A stretch of 63,918 bases of DNA, the filler included, from Reclinomonas americana ATCC 50394 (taxonomy: Eukaryota): the NCBI GenBank assembly GCA_048213135.1. It is 12 parts of 12 records of this genome, joined end to end, with 100 filler letters (N's around TTAATTAATTAA, not from the genome) between each part and the next. Parts side by side here need not be neighbours in the genome. Positions count along the whole stretch, not along the records: positions 1 to 10,481 come from AFZH01019368.1; positions 10,582 to 15,182 come from AFZH01019375.1; 10 more parts are not named here. The stretch is one strand, 5' to 3'. Under the pieces are notes generated by a model. It did not search any database. It saw only the letters and a program-made list of their open reading frames with translations, and had not been told where the DNA came from. Positions 1-13,027 of this stretch are shown in pieces. The position numbers and the translations under genes are program-made. Each line of letters starts with the position of its first letter. Position 1 is the first letter of the stretch.

Positions 1-56
1 ATGATGATGATGTATGTGTTGTGTAGTGGTTGTTATAGAGCTCGACCGTGGTCCGT

Positions 57-3000
57 TCAAAGACGACCACCCTCCTCCTCTTCAAGACGCTGATGGCTCG
101 TGGCGCGGCTTGCACCCACGCGGCTGAGGACAGTGCCACCGCTGCCACTGCTGTTGATGCTGGAGTTGCCGCTTGAGCGGACCTGCACGGAATGAATGTG
201 AGACGATTGCAGAGGGGAGAAGAAAGCGTTGCGCGACGCACCTCGCGGAACTTGGACAGCACAAAGAAGGCAACGACGGCGACAGTGAGAATGCCGGCAA
301 TGACGGCAACCAGCACCGCAGCCTGCAGGTGTGATACGGGAGTGAGTTTCACGGAGAGCAACGGTGGGGTGAGAGATTGGAAATGTGTCGACGAAACCTT
401 GCACGCGCTGTTGCATTGCCAAGCATCGACAGTGCCCGAGGACGACGACATGGGCGCCACTGCAAAGGCAAATCATCGTGAGTTGACGACACCCATTCAT
501 CCTTTGATGCGCAAAACACAAACCCTCAAACATGGCGCTCACTGAGACTGCCTCCGCGGCCTGCGATTGGAACTGCAGGTAGTACAGCGCACCGAGAGCC
601 GGAGCAAAGTATACGGTCTGCAAACACCACAGATATCTATGAGTCACAAGAACGACACAAGCGCGCAAAAACTGTGATGATTCAGTGAGCGCACCTGCTG
701 ACCCGCCGACGGAATCACGGTCGAGGCCACGTAGTGGTCGGCCAGATTCTGGAAGGCGCTGACATGCACAGGGCCGCCGGTGGTGTTACACCGGAGGAAG
801 AGCATGTGACTGTCACAAGAAACAGGCGTAAGCATTCGTAGCACGCTCCCGTCAAGCCAAGAAGCGAGAGGAAAAAAAAACAACGCACGTCTCGGACAAG
901 CGCGGCGAGTTGACCGGGGTCGGGACGCGAATCGGCATACGAGTCATCTGGCCCGGGCTGAGGTCCAGCGCCGGCAAGTGCGCCGTGCCCGCCGGTCCAG
1001 GCAGTGTGACGGCTGCGACAGCATAACTTCACGTGAGTCTTGCGATACCTATTGTCCTTCGTGCGAAACTGCACACAAACCTTGGTTGCACGATGCACCA
1101 ATGTACGCATCCTGCGTCGAGGGGGTCGAATACAAAGTGAGTCACTGCCACAGACTGTCGAGTCTCAGCCCCACGCAACTTGGCAGCGGCACATTCCATT
1201 CACGCATGTGCCATGGTCGGAGCAGTTCAGCGGGCAGGCTGCACAACAGAGGTCAGCATCGAATCACCACATAATCAAAGGCACGCACGTATTGTACGCA
1301 ACTGGCCAGAGGGGCGATGATGGTGAAACCCACCGACTGCGTCGCCGTACCCTCACCGTCGGTGAGCATCAGGCGGTATCCATCACCACCACGCGCCAGC
1401 GCAATGGTCCACTGGAAGGTGCTGACACTGACATCCAGTCCCTGGGCCAGCAGTTGAGGCTGCACACACAACGCAATCGACCATGAGGAGATTGACGGAT
1501 AGGCAATGGCACGTGCGAGTATGACTGACCGACACGGTGCCGTGCAGCAGCATCAGGCGCAAGTGACGACCGATGCTTCCGCTGTACGTCCACGTGACGG
1601 CCACCTTGTCGCCGACAGTGTACGACAGGCTCGTCGATGTGCTGAGAGGGCCGGTGAAAGCCAACGTCGGTTGCACGACTGCGCGCGAGAATCGGGATCA
1701 GCCAGTTGCCCTTATCGGTCACGCGAGACATCACACACACACAAACACGTACATGGCGCAATGGAGAAGGTCGACGAGGTGTCACTGTGCGGAGAGCAAA
1801 GTTAGCAAACACCGCCAGCCACAGTGGCTCTTCTTCCATAAAAAGCGTGTGCAACTTGACAACATGGTCGTCGGTGTCGATCAGGAACAGGTGGTAGCCA
1901 GTGCCGGTGACATTCAGCGGCACTGTCCAGTGCACATGCTGACTGCGGCTGTTGACGCCAGCAGCGGCCAACATGACCTGCAAATGACTGTCAACACCAT
2001 CCAGGACACACACACGACAAAAGAACGAGGGCGATTCGTCAAACCTGGGTGGTGCCGTGGTACAGGTAAATGTTGACCGTGTCATCAGCGGCGGCACCCT
2101 CTGCCGTCCACGTAATGTCGTACTGAATTCCCTCGTAGGCAACAATCTCGGCATTCGGTCCGTCAAACGGTCCCGTCAGCGTGTAGTGCTTCGGGCCGAG
2201 GATCGAGAGCATCGGCGATGTGGCGCTGTGGAACAGCGTAAGCGGAAAGAAAGAGAGAGGGACGAATGAATTAAGTGCGCAACTTGATCGAGTGGTCGGA
2301 CGAATCGGCCACCACAATGTGGTAGTGATCGCCAGCAGTGAGGTCGGCCGGCACCTTCCATTCGTACTCACCGTCAGAGGTGTCGAGTCCGGCGGCCAAT
2401 GTCTTGACCTGCGCACAGCAATTGTGGTGAGTCGAGGCATGAACACATGGGTGCGAATGCGTGAGATGAAAAAACAAAACTGGAGTCGCATGCTCGACCA
2501 GAATCACGTCCACTTCGTCGCCGACCTCGTCGGTGGCCCACCAGTGAATGTGTGCCACCTCGCCAACGTGGTAGTGATCCTCCAGCTGATCCTCGCCACT
2601 CGTGTAGAAACCAATGCGAGGAACTGCATTCATGAAGGCGAAGCGTGAGAGATGATAATCACGGTGGCTCTTTATCTCTTTCTCTCTCTCTCGACTTCCT
2701 CACCTCCCACCACCTTGAACATGGGCGACAACGCGTCGGACACCTGCGCGCCAGTGAAGCGCAGCTGATAATCAGTGCCGGCGTGCAAGTCGTGCGGGAT
2801 CGTCCAGCTGTAGGTGAGCGCCTTCGACGGGACATGCTCGTCGATAATCAACACCTGCACACAATGCCAGAGTCAGCATTACAAACACCCTCGAGGCATA
2901 CCAAGGAGGGTGGCGTACCTGCGTGTTGTTGGCAAGCAGTGTCAGCTGCAGCGGCTCATCCACGGTGCCATTGATGGCCCACTTGAGGTGGACGGTGTCG

Positions 3001-6000
3001 AACACGTGGAACGAGTCGTCCATGCCAGTGAACGGTCCGGTGAAAAACACCACACCCGCTGCATCATCATCCGACAGAGCATGAGGGCAAGAGAACAATT
3101 AACAGCTGTTGATAATAAAAGTGCATCGCACCGTCCTCGGCAAGAATGGTGAATTCGCGCGACCTGCCGCACACCTTCACATCGTCCATGTCGCACACAA
3201 GCATGTAGTAGCCGGAGCCGAGGGTCGCGTCCTCGGGGATCACCATCGAGAACTCGCCAGCAGCAGTGCGCACGTAGCCAATGAGGCCGTCCTGCGGAGA
3301 GTGAAGAAAGTTCAGCGAGAGTGCGAGAGAATGGCCCATGGAAGAGAGAATGAGAGCATCGATACTCACATCTGTGCCGAAGAGAATAGACAAGGCGACA
3401 AACTCGCTAACAGCGCCCATGACCTCCCAGCGCACAGACACGCGGTCACCAATGCGGGCCTTGAAGGAGCCGTTGGAGATGCTGCCAGGTCCGAAAACCG
3501 CAATGGACGACGGCACAGCTGCGCGCACCCACGACAGTGAGGAACACTGGAGAGAGAGAAACAGAGTTAATCGAGGAGCACAACGCACTGGCAGCGGCCA
3601 CGGCAAACGGCGGCGTCGTGTCTTGCACGTCATCGTCGCCATCCAGGGTCACACGAATGTAGTAGTTGGTGCCCGGCAACATGTTCTTGGCCACGAACAC
3701 CGAGAAAGCGCCGGCCTTCATCGGCACCGCACCGAGTGTCTCAAACTGCAACACAGACGTTAAGAGGCCGTTGCGCACAGGCACATGCAACAATAGTCTC
3801 GGAACTCACCAGCGAGGAGCCGTACAGCAGCTCGATCGTAAGCATCTGCGACGCCTCGCACGCGAAGCTGGACTCCCACGTCAGGTGGATGAGGTCGCCC
3901 TGCTTGAACGAGGTGTGCACGCTAATCGGTCCCGTCAAGTGCACAAACGGTTCCACTGCGGGTAACGATGAATGATGTGTGGCCAGGGCCGCGAGAGACA
4001 GTGTGGCACGCACCAACAGGATCGGTGACCAAGAACTCGTTGCTCGAAGTGCGCGTCGACTGCGTCACCAGCATGATGGAGTAGACGCCCGAGTCGAGGG
4101 TCGGCACCTTCCAGTCCATGTGGCCGGCGGCAATCGAACCCAGCATGAAGCCGAGCTGACACAGAAGTGAGTGCACAGAGAACAAAAACACATTCGCCAC
4201 GCTTGAGTGAAACAAACACACACCGGTTCGCCGTCCTGGACAAATACCAGCACAAATGCTGTGCCAACGTCGCCAAGCGCCGTCCACTTGATGCGCACCG
4301 TGTCGCCGACGTGCACCACGGCTGGAATCGGGTCCAAGATGACTGCAGCGCGGTCTGTGGAAGGGCGAAGGAGGATGAGACAGGGAGGGAAAGGGGGGAG
4401 AGAAAGGGGAAGGGAGAGCAAGGGGGAAGGGAGATGAAGGGAGAGGGAAAGGGAGGGGGAAGGAAAAGAGAAGTGAAGGGACAGGGAGGGGGAGGAGAGG
4501 TGAAGAGAAAGGGAGAGGAGAGAGAGGGAGGGAAAAAGTAAGGAGGGAATGTGAAAGTGTGTGCACGAAGGAGAGACACACTGAAAGAGAGAGAGGAGGG
4601 GGGAGAGAAAGAAGGGAATGTGAGAAAGTGTGTGAAGAAGCAAGTGAAGTGAACAGACAAGAGAAGACAAGGAGAACGAGGGAGTGAGAGTGTGTACGAC
4701 TGCGCATGCCGGCATCAATGTAAACTTGCGGGCAGCGGCACTCACCAATCACTTGAATGACGCCAACTTGGTGCAGGGTGCCGGTCTCGCCGAGCCTGCA
4801 AATCACAATAATGTGAGCCTACAAACAGCTCCCCCACACTCAGCATCCAGTGATTCGAACGAAACTTGACGCAGACCCAGGCACGGCCACCCTTGGTGCC
4901 CGGCGACATGGTAGCCTCCAGAGTGTCGTCGTCGACCACCTTGACAACGCCGAACTTGCCGAGCTCCGACCCGAGATCATCGTGGCAGCTGCTACCGCTG
5001 TCGGCAAGGTGCACTTCGTCGCCACTCGAGAAACCGTAGCCAGTGAACTGCACAGTAGTGGTCGTGGACGCCAGCACCGTCGACGGGCTGAAGTCAGTGG
5101 CGCCTGCGCAGATGCAAGAGGCAAGTTAGAAACAAAAAATGACAACCAAGCGTATTCTTGGACACGCACCGAGGACGAAGAAGTCATCAGCAATGACCCA
5201 CGACTTGGTGGTGTTGAACCTATCACGCGAAAAGAGAATGAGTGGAGAACTCGGTTGTCTTCCGTGACAGTGAGATTACGCACAAGACGCAGACGTGGAA
5301 CTCGCCCACGACCTCAAACGACAGCTGCACATTCAGCAACGCGTCCTTGGTCTCGACAATCTTGGCGTCGACACCTTCGGCGTTGTGGCAACCGCACGCC
5401 TGATGGTGCTCCACCACTGCGATGTCGATAACGTCTTCCAGGCTGCGCGAAATAATCAGAAGCTGGATTACTGCACTCGTGCGAGTATGTGTGTGTGTGT
5501 GAACGCAACCCAGCGCCATTAACGTCGACACTGAACGTGGAGACAGGGCTCGAGTCGAGCTCCACACGCAGAGGCGACACGCCCAGCACACCTGGCGAAT
5601 GAGTCGCGGTTAGCAGAGTGAATGACGTGAGGAACATGGAAGACGAAATGAACTCACCAGCCACCAGAATGCGCGCATAGGACACTGGAGCAGGCACGGT
5701 GGCATCTTGCATCCTGCAAGAGCACACACACATAGACACATTGTGCGTCAGCTTCAACCACACCAACTACAACGGTCCTTGACTCACAGAATGCAGAGCT
5801 GCACAGCACCGGCACCGTCGGCGGCGACTGTGGCCACCAGGCGCGTGCTGCTGACCACGCTGACAGACTGGATGGAGAACCATTCGGGAGCCGGATCCTT
5901 GCTGCAGTCGCCGTCACCCAGCACCGCCGACAGTTTGTCCGTGTCGCGGAATCCGACGCCGGAAATCGTCAGCATCGTCGGAGTCTTCGGCGGCACCATC

Positions 6001-9000
6001 TTAGGGTTGCACGTGGTGGTGCCTGAGCGAGGAATAAGAGCAGTGTGAGATGCGATAAGTAAGTGAAGGTGAGCACACAGCGGCAGATACGCACCCCACA
6101 CGGAAACTGGTCCGCCTGAAACCTTGACAAACTCGTACTCGCCTTCGGCCGTGTCGACGCTGCAGTGCGGTAGACGAATGAGGAGAGAAGGGAGGGAGGA
6201 GATCAGACAAAGAGGAGGGAGGAAGACAGAGGGAGGAAGAAGGAGAAAAGGAGGGAAGGAGAAAGCAGGAGAAGGATATTGCAAGAAAGATAGAGAACGG
6301 CGAAAACAAGAGAGAAGGGGAGACAGAAAGTAAAAGGAGAGAGAGTAAGATAATGCAAGAGAGAGAGAGAGAGATACAGAGACTTTCATCCATGCAAGAG
6401 ACGACGCACCCAAAGCACAGCGCAAACTCGTAGGCCTCCAACAAGCGGAACTCGATCTCGAGATGACCGGCAGCAATGTCGTTGACCTTGTCGAAAATGA
6501 CGTAGGTCAACTGGCCCTCCTTGTTCTTGTGGTGCTCGCACGAATCCTTGGTGGAGATCGCCAGCACCTCGTACTTGTCCTTTGCACTCGCCGAGTAGTG
6601 CACCGGCAGCTTGTAGATGGTGTTGGAGAAGGGCGTGGGGGCAAATGTGAGCGAGGCGTCTGTGACGTGAGAGTCGTGAGAGTCACGGCGAAGGAGGATT
6701 TTGCATCCAAAAAAAGGAACGCAACCGCCGAGCGTAAAGAGGTCAGTGGAGCTGGCATACTTGGTCGGCGCGGCCTTGTCGCGCAGAATAAAGAAGAACT
6801 CCGAGCCCACGTCGCCAGCCACAAAGTGTTGCGAGACATCGAGGGTGTACTCGCGAGCACTCGTCGGGATGGTGGCCAACAGCTTGGCCTGTGAAAGGGA
6901 GATGAGAGAAGGAAAGGAGGAGAAGGAAAGGATACGAGGCAAAGAAGAGATGGGAGAGAGACAAGGAGATGAGGAGGAATATAATACGAGGGAAAGATAA
7001 AAAAAGACGAGAAGGAGAAGAGAAGAGAGAAGGAACGGAGAAGAGAGAAGGAAAAGGGAAGGACAAGCAGATACGAGAAGGAAAAAGGGACGAGAGGGAA
7101 GCAACAAGAAGAAACAAGTGGTAAACCGAGGTCTACCAAATGAGACTCAACACGCACATCACCCTTTCTCTCATCCCTTCCCCATCTTCAAACGCAACAG
7201 TCGACATGTCGGCTCCAGCCGCACACGACAGCAACTCCAACGTGTCGGACACCTTGCTCGACGACACCCACTCCAGCTCGGTTTCGGCATTCAAGAACAC
7301 GGTGTGATAGTCCTCGCCAGGCACCGGTGCCAGCAGCGCAATGTTCTCGTTGATGATCATGAAGCGCGTGGAGACGTCCCACACCACCGGCTGCATGTCG
7401 AGCACGACGCGGATGGCATGCACGCCGGGGATCGGCGTCTCCGGCGCGACAAAGTCCACATGCAAATCCGTGGTCTCCATGGTCGGCAAGCCAACCGGCT
7501 TCAGCGTCACCGCATCCACCACGTCAACCAGCCACTTGAACTTGAGGCCCGGCGGAATGTTTAGCGTCGTCGTCCACGAAATGGTGTAGGTGGTGCCGGG
7601 AATGAGCACCGACGACACCGAGTCGGCGTCGATCGTGACCACACCTGCACGAAGCGCATGAGCGAAATGAGACACGACATTGTGGAGAAAAACTGGGGTT
7701 TGCTTCCTCACCAACAGCTTGCAGCTGCGGTGCCGTGATCACCAACGCCCACTTATCGTAGTCGGCAGGTGCGTTGCCCCGCTCCACAGTAATGTCGAAC
7801 TCCTCACCACCAGCCTTGGCCGCGAGCTCCACCATTTCCACGTTGTTGACCGAGTCGCGAGTCTGTGTGACAAGTGACATCAATCAACCATCATACATGC
7901 ATCAAGGCGTGCGAGACGAGTGACGCAACATTGCCATTCGCTTCGTGGTTACCAAACACCACGGAACCGTCGGCACGGCTCACCGACAGATCGAGATCGT
8001 AGGTCAGCGCCTTGGCGGCGGCGGGGTTGCCGGGGGCGTCGTACCACGCCAGCGTCACCTTGAACGCACCGCCGTACGCCTTTACGCGGACGTTGAAGGG
8101 CTCACCGTCGGCGCCCACTGCGCCAAACGGCATCTTGTTGATCGCAGCTAGGTTGAAGTTCGACTCGTCGCTGTCAAAAGGAGATGAAGGTGAGGAGTCA
8201 TACTGAGAGGAAGATGGTGAGCGATGTACGAACCGGAAGAAGAGAATGTTGCTCAGGTTAATTAGACCGAATCCCTGCTCCATGCTCGGGTAGGTGGTCA
8301 GCGGGCTGCCCTTGTCTGCACAGCGAAAGAGGGAGGGAGAGAAGGAGCAGAGTGAACATCGTGAGCGATCAAAGAGCGACAATGCAGACGAGAAAAGAGA
8401 AAGAGGATAAACACGAACCACCAATCTTGCCGCTCATGCGAGTGCCAGCGTGCACCATCATGGCCTTCATCAGTGGACCATTGATGTTGGAGGTCAACCC
8501 CTGCGCGAGAGAGAGACAAAGGAAACAATAAGTGGAATGGCGTGCACGAAGAGAGGAAGCTGCATATTGCACGCAACAGGAATCTTGCGGCCGGCTGGGT
8601 AGTATCCGTCGGTAAAGTACTGGCGGACGAGGGTGGCGGCACCGGCGGCAACCGGAGTGGCCATCGAGGTTCCTTGCATGGCTGTGACGCGCAAAGCGTG
8701 AGGTGACCGATAAAAGAGAGGTACTTCACGGAAGTCACGCACCGTGGACACCACAGTTGTTCGTGGTGACGTCGCCGTCTGAGTAGGCGCTGAGGACGTA
8801 CATGCCGGGGGAGACAATGTCGGGCTTGATGCTGTGCGAGGAGGAGGGTGAGCGACAAATGAAAGAGATGGAAAGAATGATACTCTCTCCAACTCACCGC
8901 CCGTCACCAGTCGGTCCGAGGCTGGAGAAGTAGGCCAGATCCTCGATCGAGGAGCCGGCGGGCAATGGCAGAACGCGAATGGTGCCGGAGAAGAGCTCCA

Positions 9001-10481
9001 GTCGGTGTGGGGGGTTAACCGACAGCAGTTCGCTGAGAGGCGAAATGAGAAGAGGGAAAAGAGGGGAAGAGAAGGAAGCCAAGGTAAGGGAGAGAGGAGG
9101 AAGGAAGGGGAGAGGAGGCGGGAAGGGGAGAGGAGGAAGGAGGGGGAGAGGAGAGGGAAGGACGAAGGAGAAGCAGTGACGGCAAAGGAGGAGGAGCAGC
9201 GCAAGCAGTGACGGCAAAGGAGGAGGAGTAGCGCAAGCAGCGACGGCAAAGGAGGAGGAGCAGCGCAAGCAGCGACGGCAAAGGAGGAGGAGCAGCGCAA
9301 GCAGCGACGGCAAAGGAGGAGGAGCAGCGCAAGCAGCGACGGCAAAAAGTGGAGGAGCAGCGCAAGCAGCGACGGCAAAGGAGGAGGAGCAGCGCAAACA
9401 GCGACAACAAAGGACGAGAGGCAGCGGCAAGAAGCGACGGCAAGGGAGGAGCAGCAGCGCAAGCAGCGACGGCAAAGGAGGAGCAGCGGCGCAAGCAGCG
9501 ACGGCAAAGGAGGAGCAGCGGCGCAAGCAGCGACGGCAAAGGAGGAGGAGCACCGCAAGCAGCGACAACAAAAGGAACGCACCGAATGCGAGCCGCCGAC
9601 GAGAGACCGATGCTCAGACCCGGGATGGTGACCGCTCCCATGTCGTCGCCAATCATGCCAATCGTCGTATCATCGTAATTGATGATCAGCACGGCCTGCA
9701 TCGAGAAATGCAATGATGAGAGAGGTGGGGTGGAATATAATGCCGCGCTGAGTGCTGCACGAACCACCGCGCCAGCAAGCTGTGCATTCTTGAACTTGTC
9801 CACGAAGGGGCAGTTTCCGCGCTTGATCATGGCGATCTTGCCGGCAATGGCCGCACCGTTCACAATCGGCATGCAACCTGTGGTGCGACATCAATAGTGG
9901 TGAGAGGCGAGAAAGACATCCAAGACGGACAAACCATCGACGGGATCCGAGTCAGCAATGCCCACTTGATCGAGGAACGGCTTCGTCATCAGGTTGCCAC
10001 CGAACTGCGCAGCGCCAGCAGGAATCGAGAGGAATGCGTTGCGCGAGGCACCGACACCTGTAATGGCGGCGTTAGGCGGTTACCCTCTCGCACACACACA
10101 TTTCCAACACAAGTCGGGGACGCAACCGATCACGTTCTTGGAGGTGGCCGGGCCGCCGACACTGTGAGCACCCCTGGCTCCCGCGTTGCCGTTGGCGACC
10201 AGGAAGGTGGCGTCCGAGTTCTCGTACAGCCAGCTGTCAATGTCGCGCTCAAACGTGCTGTACGAGTTGTCTTCGTCGCCCCACGATGCCGAGAAGATGC
10301 GTGCGCCGTCGTCGTAGCTGCGCTGCAACAAATCGTTGCCCACATCCTCCGGAATCGACAAACCCTGTGCGCGAATGCGTGAGAAGAGGTGTAGTGGAAG
10401 ACGGACATTATGATGCAATTACTACACAACTCCACGATCATCGCCGACGTCCTCGAAGCTGACCTTGGCCTTGTAGGCCAC
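57..10481 (-). CDS. Giant multi-exon S8 subtilisin-like serine protease (KP-43/TagC type) with inserted PA domain, long beta-sandwich-repeat stalk, one C-terminal TM helix and short cytosolic tail; 5' end lost in the gap
   Basis: Spliced exons give ARIFSASWG, FLVANGNAG, GPATSKNVIGVGA, PA motif GKIAMIKRGNCPFVDKFKNAQLAGA, FSSLGPTGDGR-IKPDIVSPG, catalytic Ser motif MQGTSMATPVAAG, QGFGLINL and VTLAWYDAPG..YDLDLSV..NNVE. Many repeats of the type GD.V.I.W..YSWTIP.DL..G..Y.. follow. TM exon AAVLVAVIAGILTVAVVAFFVL at about 245-323; stop TGA at 57-59. That the whole span is one gene is inferred. Confidence 0.85.
9172..9572. repeat. Intronic minisatellite, about 32-bp unit (CGACGGCAAAGGAGGAGGAGCAGCGCAAGCAG), about 12 copies
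   Basis: Head-to-tail copies with no unique spacers, inside a subtilase intron. Confidence 0.9.
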
Positions 10482-10581
10482 NNNNNNNNNNNNNNNNNNN
10501 NNNNNNNNNNNNNNNNNNNNNNNNNTTAATTAATTAANNNNNNNNNNNNNNNNNNNNNNNNNNNNNNNNNNNNNNNNNNNN
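10482..10581. other. Artificial contig spacer (44N-TTAATTAATTAA-44N), first of 11
   Basis: Identical 100-bp blocks at 10482-10581, 15183-15282, 17533-17632, 27844-27943, 30335-30434, 37449-37548, 40865-40964, 44072-44171, 53474-53573, 60543-60642 and 62339-62438. The 12-mer puts stops in all six frames. Confidence 0.98.
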
Positions 10582-10597
10582 AGAGAGAGAGAGAGAG

Positions 10598-10644
<47 letters not shown>

Positions 10645-10929
10645 CTCGCGTCAAGTGAAGCGAGATCCGCAACAAACATGTCTGAAGTTTAGGGCTCATA
10701 AGAAAGGCAGAGAATGGAGGGCAAAGAGAAGGAGCAGCAGTTTAGGGACATAAGTGAGACTGGTTTGTAGGAGAATGAAGAGTGTGTGTGAGAGAGCAAT
10801 ACAGGTAGCGAGAAGGAGCGACAATTGATTGCACGAGAGTGTATTGTCAGAGAAGGAGTCACTGGAAGGCGAGAAGGAGAAGCAAATGAGTGCAAACGCA
10901 GGGGTAGACTGGCAGTGAACAGATCAACA

Positions 10930-12815
10930 ATGGAGATGCTGCGAGATTTATGTACATTTCTTCTGCACATTGGGAAGTGACTGCTTGTCTCTGTCCCTTG
11001 TTCTCTCTCCCTTACTCGCCCGTCTACGAATCACAGGTCAAGAACAAGACAGCCGCAAGGCCGAGGTGGAGCAACTGCAGCAGCGTGTGGCGGAACTCGA
11101 GCAGCAACACCGTGACGACATGCACAAGCTGGCCACCGCCGACGGGCTCAAGTCGCAACATCAGATCGACACGCTGCGCGCTGAGTTGATGAAGGCCAGG
11201 AGGCAGGTGGTCGAGGGCGACAATCTGCTGGCTGAGCACGAGAACACCATTGCGGAACTGCGTGAGCAAGTCGAGGCTCGCAAGAGCGACACGGAGAAGC
11301 TGAGGCGCGCCAATGGCACGCTGACGGCCAACATTGATCACTTGCAGCGGAAGAGTGTGGATCTCACGAGTCAGGTGGTGGCACTCGAGGAGAAGCTGAA
11401 GGCGTTTGGAGATGTTGGTGAGTGGAGAAGTAGGAGGGGAAGGGGAGAAGGGGAAAGGGAGAAGTGTTGCGAAGGGAGGGGTGAATTCGAAAGATGAAGG
11501 GGAGAAGCAGAGACAGTGCCAGAGAGAAGTAGAGGGTGAGGGGTGAGGAGTGAAGAAATGCTGAGGATGGAGGTAGGAGTGAGAGTGAGAGTTGAAGAGA
11601 TGCAGTGGGGGGCCAGAGAAAGGAAAGGAAAGAAGTGAAAGGCCAGTGGGGAAGGAGAGGAAGGAAGGAGGGAGAGAAGGGGAAAAGGGAAAGGGAAAGG
11701 GAGGGAGAAGGAGAGAGAAAGGGTAGGGCTGAGAACTGGAAAGTGAGACGACCGAGAGTAAGGCTGAAGGATGGATGGAGAGGACGAAGGGAGAGGGTTT
11801 AGGGGAAAGAAGATAGAGGAGAGAGGGAAGGAAATGAGATGGGAATGGCCGACTGCAGAGAAGAAATCAGAGACAAGGTGCATTTTATTTGCCTCTGTTC
11901 CTTCCAAGAGGATCGCTCACCTTGTGACATCCCTGCAGTGCGTGAGCGCGACGAGCTGCTGGAGGAGCAGGATGTGCTGGTCGACGAGCTGCAACGCATG
12001 CAGACGAACTTGGCGAAACTTCGTTGCGTTTGTGTGTGTGTGTGTGATCACCACGCTGTACGTGCGTGCCGACTGACTCCTCTCTTCTCCACTCCCACAG
12101 AACAAGAGCGACAGGCGGGTCTGGATCGCAAGGCTGCGCAGCTGGCCGCCGAACGCGACAATGCCATCAAGGAGCGCGACGAGTTGTCTGTGCGGCTGGC
12201 GTCGCTGGATCGCACTCGGCGCCGTGAGCTGGCCGAGGCCGAAAAGGCCAGCAAGGAGTATGCCAGCGTGTTGGCGGTACACAAGGCCAAGCAGCGTGAG
12301 CTGGACACGCAGGTCTCCGACCTGTCCATGTCGCTGGGCGATCGTGAGGAGTCGCTGGCCGCCACGGCGGAGACACTCGCCGCCAAGGCCCAGGCCATTA
12401 AGCAGCTGGTGAGTTGTCGTCTTCTCTTTGTGGAGCGTGAGCTGCGCTAAATCGCAATTCAACGCCATCACAGCAAACGGAGAACGACGAGCTGAAGGAG
12501 CGCATTGTGAGGATGGAGGAGAAGCACGAAAAGGTGGTGGCCGCGATGAAGTCTTCGCGGCTGAAGAAGACCATTCGTGTCACCGAGGACATCCAGGAGC
12601 TCGATCTCGTGTCGACCGACGACGAGGCCGAAGATGAGGACGGCAGCGGCAGCAGCCAGCCGCCAGAGACCGAGACGAGGTCGCACACGTACCTGACGCA
12701 GGCACGATTCATGTCGTCGCTCGCTCCCAATGCCACGGCCGCGGCGCCGGTGAATCCGTTCCAAAACCGTGCGGCGGCGGCGGCAGCGGCCTCTCGAGGC
12801 ACTCGCAAGCCATGA
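10930..12815 (+). CDS. Multi-exon coiled-coil protein of unknown function
   Basis: Exons at about 11037-11417, 11938-12022, 12101-12408 and 12473-12815 encode heptad-rich sequence (AEVEQLQQRVAELEQQ..., ERDELSVRLASL...) ending in an acidic/low-complexity tail. The start codon is uncertain. Confidence 0.7.
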
Positions 12816-13027
12816 ACAGAGCGTGGTGATAATAATTTGCTGGTGAAGGAAGCACCGTTTTTGAGATGACGCATTAAAGGATGGAGATATTTTATCACAT
12901 GATGGATGGTGACAACGGCGACACAGAGAATAAGAGAGGGAGATAGGGGACGGAGCTCAACCGTTCACTCTGTTGCCTGCGCCGTGCAACAGGAACGAGG
13001 AGTCGGCCACCATGGTCCTGTGTACAT

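Noticed and set aside
9172..9572. 32-bp repeat as a CRISPR array or repeat-protein ORF
   Set aside because: No unique spacers and no cas genes. It lies in an intron whose removal restores the subtilase, and the CRRCLR/PPPLPS ORFs are artefacts.
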